The notes below the pieces were generated by a model that was given only the letters and a program-made list of their open reading frames with translations, had not been told where the DNA came from and made no database searches. A program made the position numbers and the translations under genes. From Podarcis gaigeae (Eukaryota), in the NCBI GenBank assembly GCA_964106915.2, contig OZ066918.1: DNA of 64,000 nucleotides. The stretch is one strand, 5' to 3'. This document shows, in pieces, positions 39,501-51,500 of the stretch (positions are counted from its first letter, which is position 1; every line of letters starts with the position of its first letter).

Positions 39501-42500
39501 GAAGCATTTGTTTTTGTTGCAAGGTAATGGTTCTTTAGGGAAACATGTGGCGCTGTGGTCTAAACCAGGTGGCGCTGTGGTCTAAACCATTGAGCTTTGG
39601 GAGCGCCGCAACCCCAGAGTCATTTGTGACTGGACTTAACTGTCAGGGGTCCTTTACCTTTTTTAATGGTTCTTGATGTATGTTCAGACCCAAACGCACA
39701 CACAGCTTTGGAGCTGTATGATGGACCTCCTCCTCCTGCCTCCCTTTTTTGGATTTGGGGCAAGATGGGACTTTAGTAAAAAGTGTCTGCAGTTTGTTAA
39801 TTTGTGTACAAGCCTCTCATTTTACGAAGGCAGACATTAATAAAAGGAAAGCAATAAAAAAGAGCAGAGGGGCAAACTGTACCCTTTCGGTGATGGCAAT
39901 GCCTCCTACCTGAGGCACATCGTCGCAACTAGTGATGTATGTGGGGAGAACCTTGTCAGTTTAGGCAACTCACCATTTATTCTGATGATCGAGGACTTTA
40001 AACTCATACTTCTGCTCTGTTGCCAATACTGCAAGTGACTTATTTGAACTTTCCTCTACCACCCAGTAGTGTTTCCTGCATCATGCTTAAAGCAGCAGAG
40101 TCAAAAAGCTAAGGCTTACTATTTTGTTCCAAAACTAATTGTTGGAGCCAACCTAGTGCAATTTCACTTTCCAGGGCTAGACCACCAATAGGAGAATGTC
40201 CAGGTTTGGCTTTGCCAATGATTGTCCCCCCCCAAAGTTTATTTTTTATTTAATTATTGATTCTCGTGCCACACTTAACAATGCAATCCTTTGTAAGTTT
40301 GCTCAGAACAAAGTCTCATACAGATCAATGCTGCTCACTCCTAAGTAAATTTATTTAAGGATGCAACCTTAGAATTCCAATAATGCAGCAGGTAGCTATT
40401 ATTGTGATGTTTTGAGTGTTAGGGTCAAAGATCACAAAGCAAGTATGTAGTCTTTTGTCATTGACACCAACACATGATATTTTAGATAAATTTGTCAAAT
40501 AATAATTGAACATCTCTCTGGGAAATAAAGTGTTAGCTCTTCCAGAGTTAAAGAGTGGCCATATTTTCAGGAAGAGAGATTATAAAACCAGTGGCATCAA
40601 CTATTGGTCATGCTGGACAAAGAACATTGTGATTGATTCTGTAGTCTAATTTGGCCGTTCTGCAGAGAGCATTCCACCTTTAGATTGATCACATTGGCTA
40701 GAGAACCTCTCTGCACTAGTTCCTCAGCATGTTTATGAGGATGTCAGAGTCCCACCAGCCCTCATTCTTCGAAACATGTTGCTCCCCAGAGTCGCAGCAG
40801 TCATAGAAACAAGGAGGTAACATCCTTCATTGAACTAATCGTCTATACTGGCTAACAAAGGTGCTGTTCCCCCTCCCCCCTCAATTTGCAGCCTCTAGAT
40901 ACCTGCCACCTGTTCAAACAGTCATTTAGATGGATCATCTTCTATTTTAATAACATTTTCTATAATCCAGAGCTTGCCCTGGACAGCCTCATCTATCTTG
41001 TGCTCATTTTTGTGCCTTGCCACATTTCTGCATGCCATTTTTAGCTTCACTGCCCAATTGCCTCTCTTCCTGCATCTCTGTGTAAAATACACTTGGGTTA
41101 GAACCAGTTACAGTGGCGCTACCCCAGCCTCAGCTTAAACTGTGATACATGTGTGACCTTTGATAGCTTCTTCAAAGTACCTGGGCTTTGTGAAGCTTGT
41201 CCCAGAGGTCTCCTTTCCAAAGCAAGCCAGGCAGCTTGAAAGAGAACACATTGATAGCATTAGCCTCATCTCTGCCTAACTAAAGGCTTAAATCCATCAG
41301 TTAGGGTTGAAAATCTGCTCTGGCCAAGACATTTTCCACACAAGCTGCCTCCTTTTTATATCCATTATCTCTGAATCACACCCAAAGCCTACCTGTTCTG
41401 ATACTGATTGGGCCATAAGAGGCTCCTGAAGGATAGCTACCCTCACAGACTTTGCTGTTTAGCAGCCCCTTCATCCACCTCTTCTTTATTTTTCTTTGCT
41501 TTGCCAGTAGAATTGTTCACTTTTTAAAAAAGCCATCAGTACCATCCATCACTGATGGTTTAATAATTTCCTCTGTGCCACCCCCCCCCCCGAGCACGGG
41601 TTTTCTTTATAATACCTGTTCTCAAAACTGTTAAAGAATTCCCTGCATTCCTGCTCTTTTCTTTACAAACAAACCCTCCACAAGTGCCTGGTGCTCTCAT
41701 CTGAGCACCCTCCAATGCATTAGTCTCCTGCTGGAAATAAGTTGTTTGGAAAAGAGCCCAGCATTTTTGACTGATCTATGGATTCTATGAACAGCAGGAA
41801 AAGGTGCCATTTGTTAGCCAGCAGCAGGTTCTGCTACTCTCTGCTGTTGGAATGCTGCAATCAACTACAGTCCTCTTTATCTTTTGCTATCTACCTCGCT
41901 TTTCAAAAAATATCAAATGGTGACCAACAGAGAAGCAAAAATAAAATAAAAATTAACTCTAACAAGAAAACAACGTAAGAGAAAACCAAAACAGCAGCAA
42001 AATGTAAAGCCAGTGGGAAGACCAAAAAGAAAGAAAACCCAGTAACAACATTAGATCCAGACTGATGCTAAAACACACACAAACACAGTCTGTCAAAACC
42101 TGGAGGTCTTCATGGACTGGTGAAAGGCAAGAAGTTCTACGTGCTCACCTGCCTTATCTTGGGTCAGCGCTAAGCTGAGGCTCAGAGTTCAGCATCTATA
42201 TATTGGGATCCATGTTTGTATAGACTACTCTCCCAGGTTAGTTTGCACTTTGAACTGCACACCACACCCAGAGCCAAGAATTATAGCTTAATCAGAATTC
42301 TATCCAAGAAATGGTCCTGCTTCTTTTAGCTAAAAGTTCAGATCCAACTGACTGAAGCTACTGAATCACTAAAAAATGAAATAAGAAGATTTGGACCTGA
42401 TCCCTGGCTTGTTTTGTACAACAGAGGGCTACCCTACAAATGGAAAATTGAACAGGATCTCCTCCAAAGACTGGTGAAATTGAGCAGGTTCAGGTGGGAG

Positions 42501-45500
42501 GCAGCAGTGCTTGAGTTATCTTGGTCCCATCTATTTAGGGCTTTATGGTGAAAACCAGCACCTTGAATTGCACCTGGGAGCCAGTTGGTGGTTCAGTAAT
42601 TGGAGTTGTCTGACATGCACACTTAACTTGCTCCATTAGTCACATAGGTATCAAGACTTTAAATCTGAACAAGCGTACATAGGATCAGGCTTCTTCTTTG
42701 GCGCTTGGTATTTGGATTCCTTTTATAATCAGAGGGAGTTACTGGAGTTATTTTAGGAAAGGAAAGGCAGAGATCAGTGAAAACATTTCCATGAAGTTGG
42801 AATAAAGCTATGATGCATTCTCATCAGTGTTTGCGTTTCAGTGTAAACACACTTCCTTCACTGACACCAGCTTAAATGGGATGGTGTGGGGGAGGAATCA
42901 AACATGAAAGAAGCACACATAAAACAAAGGACTGTTTATATTATTAGTGGAGAATTGGATGGTTTTATTGCCCAAAATAGAAACTGAAGTAACTGGACAC
43001 AGTTTATCACCACCTCAGTGCTTTGAATTAAGATAAGTGTGTATTTGTGGTAAGCCACTTTGGACACAGCTCACTGTGGAAAGGTGGCATATAAATAAAT
43101 ATTTCACCAAACATCCAGATTCTGTTGCTTACATTGTGATGGTACTCATGCAGGTTTCTAAATCAGTGTGATGCAGAGCACAGCGTTAAGTTTTGGAAGT
43201 GGCAGATGTCGGTTTTAGATCTGTGCTAAGCCTTGAACTTCCATGCCTGTGGCAGCCCAGTGGGTGATCTCCAGAGATTGTTGTGAAGATAATGATATAA
43301 AAATGGCAACAAGTTGTAATGCCCAGAGCATGAGTAACAAGCTGGCAATCCCTGATTCACATCTCAGCTCATCCTTGAGTTTGTTGGCTCATCTGAGCTA
43401 AGCCGTTGTTCTCTGAACCTTGACCTCTCGTCTGAACATTGGGCATAATACAGTACCACCAACCTATATGACAAGCTGCTGAAGATTACTGCAGAATTGT
43501 CAACTAAGTGCTGAGAAAAAACAACTGTGCTTTTAAATGTTCGGTGTGGCCTAGACCTAGCAATCAGCACTACTGGAACTTCAGCTCAGTGGGAGACCCT
43601 TGGGCAATGAGGGTTGTGAAGGAATGAGAGTCTTTGCCACAAAAAGCATTCCATTGTTACCTTTGGAGAGCAGGATCTGACGGGCCCTGAAGACCTGTCT
43701 CTTCTCTTTCCTCTGAAAGAACTGTCCTACTTGTTTGTTTCCAAGTGGAGGCCTTTGGTCTTCAAGATCATCAGAGGTATTGATTACTTTAATGGATGCA
43801 AGCAAATCCTGTGATCCCCTGCCCAGAGGTTGATCTGTTTCTTCTCTTTGTGTTCTGCAGGATACCAACAAGTTCACACTGCCCTCTCACTTTGAGGAAG
43901 GGAAGGAAAAATGCCCTTACGACCCTGCCCGGGGCTACACAGGTCTCATTGTAGGTATGTATGTGCTTTCTCCTCCATATAACAGTTCGGCTTGGAATCC
44001 AGCTGGAGTGGGAAGAGCAGGCAGTGCCTCCTTTGAGTGGGGGTGTGGTGCTCCAGAGGAAGGCCATGCTCGCTTGCCATCCATCACCTGAGGGCCCACT
44101 GCATCTCCATCTCCCCCATCCCTTCCAGCACTTAAGTTTCCTTGCTCTTTTTGATGTCAGAGCAGCTGTAATCTCCCTGCCTGTGCAGCACCTTGGCCTC
44201 TCTAGCCACATGGTGCGGCTGCTTCTCTTCCACTCTAAATGTGGCCGGAGTCATAAACCAACCAGGTGCTGCTGCATGACAGGGAAGTCATGGGTAGGTG
44301 ATGCTCTGGTTATTCCTCGAATGCTCTCTTGGTACCTAGCTCTGTAAGGGAGTTATTATGCACTGGCACACACAATGGCCAAAGTCAATAAATCTCGGGA
44401 GCGGGTGTGTGGTTGTTATCAAGGGTGTGCTCTTCCTGCTTAGAGCAGGTGCAGAAGGGTTAGCTTAACAAGGAAAGAAGCCTTTCGGGCCAAGCTTTGT
44501 TAGAGGGATATTGATCAGACACATCCGTGAGCAAAACCATTCAGAAAACTGGCCTTTCCTTACTACTTTTGCTGCATTGTCTCGCAGATGGCAGTTTATA
44601 TACGGCGACGCGCTACGAATTCCGCAGCCTGCCAGACATCCGACGCAACAGGCACCAGCGGATTCTGAAGACTGAAGAATCCCCCTTGCACTGGTTGAAT
44701 GGTAAGCCCCACTAATCCCAGAGCAGTACCTCTGGGATCTCTTGTCTCTTCCCACACTGGAGGTGGAGGAAGTCTTGTGTTTGTAAGGCCCTAGGTAGTG
44801 GTAGTACTCTTCCCAACTCTGAAGCCAGAGCGTGTCCTATTCCACTGCAGAAAGGAGCCTAACTGACTCCTGGATAGATCTGAACCCAGTTTGTTCGTAG
44901 AGGGGACTCTCTGTTGCCTATGCCATAGCCATGACACCCAGGCTTGAGATCATTTAGAGTTGCTGTGTGAACACCATCTAGTGCCTCCTTTGGTAGCTCT
45001 CCCCTAAATATTGTGCCAACCCTTTCCCTCTCTCCTTGGTGTTTTCAGATGCTGAGTTTGTGGCCTCCGTGCTGGTCAGGGAGAGTGTGCGCAACCCTGT
45101 GGGCGATGATGACAAGATCTACTACTTCTTCACCGAGAGAGCAGGAGAGGAGAGCACTTCTGTATTTGACAAGGCACAAGTGCCCAGAGTAGCCAGGGTG
45201 GCTCGAGTGTGCAAGGTAAAGAGATTGGTGTGTTGGGAAAAGCTTGAGTGTGCTGAAGGGCACCAGGAGGATTAATTCAGAATTTTATCTAGGAGGGCTT
45301 GGTGGTAGTGGGGAGACTCTTTCTCCTCATTTAAAAATGCCCCTCTAAGCCCTATAGTTACGGTGTGGTGTAGTGGTTAAGAGTGGTAGTCTCATAATCT
45401 GGGTAACCGGGTTCGCGTCTCCGCTCCTCCACATGCAGCTGCTGGGTGACCTTGGGCCAGTCACACTTCTTTGAAGTCTCTCAGCCCCACTCACCCCACA

Positions 45501-48500
45501 GAGTGTTTGTTGTGGGGGAGGAAGGGAAAGGAGATTGTTAGCCACTTTGAGACTCCTTAAAGGGAGTGAAAGGCGGGATATCAAATCCAAACTACTCCTC
45601 CTCCTCCTCTTCTTCTTCTTCTTCTTCTTCTTCTTCTTCTTCTATGGTGTCATTAATTTAAAAGGGAGCTTGGGATCAAATGAGATGTGTCATGGAAGAT
45701 CTCTTGCAGGACATCCTGATATTTTGGGTTAAAAGGAATTGTGGGGGTAAGCTTTGCATCAAGGATGTAGTCCTAGGCAAGGGTTTTCCCCCCAGCTGTT
45801 TCTCCCTGTTCTATTTTGACAGCTTTATCCCTTGCAAAAGTATTTGTAGGTTTCCCCCCCTCCCGTCTTTTCTTTTTCTTCTCTCCCATGGCTTGGCAAT
45901 ATAGAAATCTAAACAATTTTTGAACAAGTCATTTCCAGTCTTTTTAAAAAATAACAGTTCAGAAAGGTCAAACAAAAACATTACTCTTGAAGTGGTGTTT
46001 ATACACTGGACCTTTAGGGACACATGGCTGACTTTCTACATTCAAAGAAAAAGAACTAGGCTATGCAGATAAGTATCATCAAGCAACACTAGAAAAATCC
46101 CAGGTGCTTGGCTGCCCAAGTGCCCAAACATTGGATAATGGCACCTGGGGATCTTGAGCATAGAGCCAGCCTTGCATGGGACAGACTACCTCAAATGTTA
46201 AAAATTTAAAATCTGAATTACGCACACACCCTCATCTCTGACATTATGTATAAAGAGGCTCAGGCAACTCATATATATGAATCAGTCACCCCAAGAAAGG
46301 CTATAGGGAGAGGTAGTAACTCATCCAAGTTATGAATGAATGAATGAATGAATGAATGAATGAAGACCCAAAGGCCCTTTTTCCTGGTAGGGTGACCATA
46401 TGGCTCCTGCACATTTAATAGTTGTGCGCAAGAGAGAAATTCAGCAGATGCAGCAGATGCTTTTGCACCTGAATGCTGCATGTGCTGGCAGGTGATGCTC
46501 AGGCCTGGTGTGTATCTTCAGTTAAAACTAGAGTTGAATATTTGACTGAAGGGAGCAGGGCCACTTCTTAAGCAAGATCCTGATGGGGTGCAGTGCACAG
46601 AGCAACTTGAGAGGTGCAGGCTGAAGTGCAGTTTGGTCAGCCCAGTATGTAGCTGTGGAGGCTTGAGCCTCAGCTTTAGCCCTGCATGGACCTGGTGCTT
46701 TGCTTCAGCCACCTGTAGATTCCCTTTGCACGCTGTCAAGCCCTTTATTGCTCAAGTTCTAGATTGCAAAGCCTTATTCACAAGTTTTATCTGTGGCAAA
46801 TATAACCATGATTATCCCTGTTAGCCTATTACTGTTCTATCCTGATTACCCTGTTGCGTCTATTGAGATGGGTAGTGTCCATGGCTAAAACCCCTGTACA
46901 GCCCCTTTGTGTTGTTCACTGCTGTAGCAAAACTAGCTACTGGTGCTTAGGTGCCACAAAGCATCCAAAATGAAAGGAAGAGACAGTGTTGTACAGAGGG
47001 CTGAGTTTGGACCAGGGAGATTTGCAGCATGGTCCTAACTAGGGTTGCCATATGTCCTCTTTTTCCAGGACACGTCCTCTTTTTCATGGGTAGAGTGGTC
47101 ATAGCGATCCATAGTTAAAAGCAGATGTCGGCAAATGTGTCTCTCCCCCCCCTCAAAATACAGCAACCCCAACATGTTTACCCAGAAATAAGCCTCACCA
47201 AGTTCAGTGGGACTTAGGATTCCATACGTGCTTGGGATAGAAAACCTAGGTTTCCTGCTCAGCCAGAAAACTTTAGAGTCCCTGACTCTGAACCTGGCCC
47301 ATCTCACAGGGCTGTTGCAAGGATGTCAAATAGTCCCTTGGGCACTCCTTGGAAAGAGCTATAGCTCCAGTGCAGGGGAAGCTAGCTAGATTTTTCTATC
47401 CCAGGTGAAACCTCCAGAGGGGCACCATTGAGGATCTCAGCATGTGTGTTTGTTGTTTGTGTGTGTGTATGTATACACAAATGCACATGGGGAGTGCCAA
47501 ACTGGGTCTTAAACCCGGGTGAAAGAAAACCTAGTTTTGCCCTTGCCTTGAGGGTGGTGGCAGGCTGGGGGGGAGGGATGCAAATGTGATAAATGAAAAG
47601 GGCTAACCAAACCAACTGCAGTATACTGCAAGGACGAGCACTGAATCTCTTCTGCATGTGATGCCAGAGCACAAATAGCTCAGATAGAGGTGATACAGGC
47701 TTCTGTCTGTGCTCATGGCAAGGTGCCCTTGGCCCCAGAATGAGCCCTATCACTCTAGTGACTGCGGCAGTTAGCACTGGAGTTGGTGCTCACAAGGTTT
47801 TTGAGAGAGAGGCTTGTCAAAGCAGAAGTCCTTCCACTGGTTCTCCTCTGGGTGCTGCCAGCTCTGCCCAGGGCGTTGCAGTGAAACCCACGTTCCCATG
47901 GAGGCTATGCTGCCCACCCCCAACCTCTTATGAATGCAAGCCTCGGTGGCTTGAAAGCCAGAGTATTCCAAGTGCATCTAAGTGAGGGCAGGGCAGAGTC
48001 AACAAGGCTGCATGGGATCCATCTTTCAGCTGTTCTGACAGATGGTTCTGGGCCCTGGGAGCATCCAGGACTCTGCTTGTGGCTCTGAATTTATGCATCA
48101 GTCACCTTGGCTGGTTATACCTCAGTCCTTGTAACCAGGGCAGCAGCAGCAGCAGCAAATTGGAGCAGGCAGGGAGAGAGAGAGAGAGAGAGGAATGGGA
48201 GAGTGAGCTTGGCCTCGAGAGATTTAAGGAGCTTGAGATGTGTGCCTGATCACAAGGTTAAGAGGCTATTTGATTACTGCACATAAGTATGTTCCCAGGG
48301 AGAAAGCGCTGGGAGGGAGGCAGAAACAAGAGTCAGCAGCAGGATGTTAAAGCTATGTACAATCAAATTGGAAACCAGGTTCTTACGAACAGAAACAAAG
48401 CAACAAGGGAGATTAGCGCCAACCGTTTGTGAAAGGGATGTGCGCCATTACACCCAGAGCCCTGTGTCTTTGGCATCAGGTGTTGCTTGTTTTCTCCAGG

Positions 48501-51500
48501 GCCTGAGGCTTCAGTTGCATCTTGGAAGGAGAACAGTCTTATCCGGAATACACAAGCTCCCTTGGCATTGTGCTCTGATCGCTGGGTTTTGTCACTAGGG
48601 GGGGGGAGAGGAGGGGAGGGGTGATCAAGCCTCTCTCAATCCTCCTCCAAACACTGGTCTTGCTGTGTTTGACTCACAGGGAGGCAGAAACACTTGCTTT
48701 CAGAAAGATCAGCCCAGATTAGTTACCCTATTATAGCACTGAGAGATGTTCAGGGGGCTCGTTTTACAGTAATTTTGAAAAAGTATTGAGCCTTTCCTAG
48801 AGTGAACTAAGTTGTTAATCCTGGTTTGTTAATAGGTGGTTGTTTTCAGACGCTATAAGCAGACCCATGTAGTTCCCAAATGATGTTCATTTAAATGGTT
48901 TTGATTTAAATGTTTAGTAGCTGCTGATCTGTTTCAGTAAAGCTCCAACTGAAGATGAGTCAGAGCCATCCTAGAAGATCTTGGTCCCAGCTTGGACCAA
49001 AACCAACATTAGTGCAGAACATTCTGTTTATATATAGAATTCCCCTTGTTTATGCCCACAGTTTCCACAGGGGTAGACCTCTTGCAGCAAAACCAACAAA
49101 GAGCCTTGAGGCACATCAAAGACAAACACATTTATTATGACATAAGCTTTTGTGGACCTATAGTCCGCTTCATAAAATATATGAAGCCGAACATAGTCCA
49201 TGAAAACTTGTGCCATAATAAAATAGTTGGTCTTCAAGGAGCCACAAAACTATTGATTGTTCATTTGTGCTTCCCTCCCCCACTGTCCTTGGGCTTTTCA
49301 TGCATGGTGAAACTGTTCAGATGGGACCTTTCCATTGTATTGGAATCAGAGTTGGCCTTGTGCTTGGCTTTGCCTAACAGATATAAACTGAATTGGGACT
49401 TGGCTTTAGCCTCTGCCTCTCTTTCTTTTTCTGCATTCCAGAATGATATTGGTGGCAAGAAGATTCTCCAGAGGAAATGGACATCCTTCATGAAAGCAAG
49501 GTTGGCCTGCTATGTTCCTTACTATGAGGTACTGAAGGATGTTTTCAGTCTGGATGGTGGCGACTGGAGGAGCACCGTCTTCTATGCAACATTCACTTTA
49601 TCAGCACAGTGGTAAGCCAAGCACGCTAACGGCGTGTTGGGTACTCAAGTAACTGTAACCGTTCCGAAAAGATACATGGAGTCCATTGAATTACACAAGT
49701 TCCATGTGCTGCCACCAGCAAAAAAGACAAACTAAATGCTAGGGATTATTAGGTAATGGTACAGAACACAGCGCAGGACGTGTCACGGTACCCTTGAGTA
49801 CTGAATGTGGTTCTCAATCTCCTGCCTGCTGCATTGCAGAACTTGACTTGCAGTATGGTGCAGGACACACACACACACAAAAACAGATAGGCTGTTTAAG
49901 CAAGGGAACCTGGCCTTGCACATTTCAGCATTCCAGGGAGCATCTGCATTCACTTGGGCAAATTGGTTCAGTCTCTGTATTCCAAGGCAACAGGTATGGA
50001 TTCACCCCACTTCAGTGCCTGTTGTGGCACAATCCAAACATATGCCACACTGTTCAAAGCCTCATAAAAGACACCAAAGGAAAGTCAACTTGCACTGAAT
50101 GGAAAGAATGCTATTGTCAGTTGGTCCTCAGAGTAAAGAGGCTTTCAGCTGCTAAGACTGTGCTGGCTCTGCTAGTACCACCTGCTATATTCTCAGATAC
50201 CTTTGCCCTCTGCTTCTGAGTGAGGCAGGAGGCTTGCCCCTCTGTTTCCAAGGCTGGCCTGCCTGTGCTTTTAAGCTGGACGGGGTCCACTGATGCTTTC
50301 ATCCCACCTGAGCTCCAGTCAGTGGTGTGATGGTAGATGGAGGCTTTCAGTTTGGTTGCCAGCAAAATCCTCCTTGCCCTTGTAAGTATTTTGGCACTTG
50401 TGACTGATTCAGTTTGCCTGAGCGTTTCTTGCTGAGGGCAAGGAACAGATGGGACACTCTGAGCACTTTGTGAGACAAAAGTCCTATTGGTGAGCATCCG
50501 TAGAATAGATTAATAATAGCTGCTTATGCAGGAGGTGGTGTGGGATGAGAAGGGGAGTCAGCTTAGCATTTTGGAAGGGCTCACTTTGGCTTAATTGGGA
50601 GCAAGGGCCAAACTGTTCGCCATACGGATTTTAACCACAGCAATAAGCACTGTGCGACTTCACTGTGGACTGAGCCTAGTCTGAAGTCATAGCCAGCCTT
50701 TTGCATTTTCCTGTTAGTTTTTAGTGGTAGCATGAATTTTAACAAGTTGTCCTCGGCTAATTAGTAGCTTTGTGCTTGTAACATTTATCAAGTGGAAGGT
50801 TCACACTGGCAGCAAGATGGCACCCACTGAGCTACCATCCTCATGAGAGGGTAGCGGAACATCAGAGGCATTTATTAATGAGCACTGGCCGTTACATCTC
50901 AAAGGCTATTGAGAACGTACAGGGTATTTTGCATGTGGCCTTTTCGGGGATGTCAGGGGAATGGTTAAAGAGACAGAACTGGGGCAGAAGTGGCAGCTGG
51001 TTGTTGTTATTATGTGACGATGAAGGAAAACCAGGGGGCTTTGCAGGGCTGACAGTCTTCCCCACAGAATGACAGGAAATGAGGAAACCTCCAGGATTAC
51101 ACAGGAATATCCTGCTCGTGACAGAAAGTCATTTGACTCATTTGTCACAGAAGCAAAAGCTACCACTTACTCGGAATCTATTCTCTTGATCTGGCTTTGC
51201 ACTGAAAAGAATTTCAGAGAGCAGAGTGCGTAAAGGAGACCACTGCCAAACCCAGGGAGGAGTGCATAACTAAGAACTCACCATACAGCACAAAGCCCAG
51301 CAGGAGAAGCAAGCATTTGCAAGCATCAGCATGAATTAACACTACAGGGATAAAGGAGTCCAGTTGGAGATGGCCCAAAATATTTTGGTGTTTGAGAATG
51401 AAGATATAAATGTTGCTACTGTGACAGCAATTTGCTGTTGTTTAATGGTACCTCCAAAATCTGCTGCCTGGGGCAGGTGGACTTCACCCTGTCTAGTGGT

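Noticed and set aside
45357-45430. tRNA gene
   Set aside because: The tRNA-like part is a SINE head continuing into a SINE body and tail; no full cloverleaf.
49046-49441. Open frame extending 132 codons upstream of exon 8
   Set aside because: No semaphorin similarity, runs through a repeat remnant, and a good acceptor exists at 49441.
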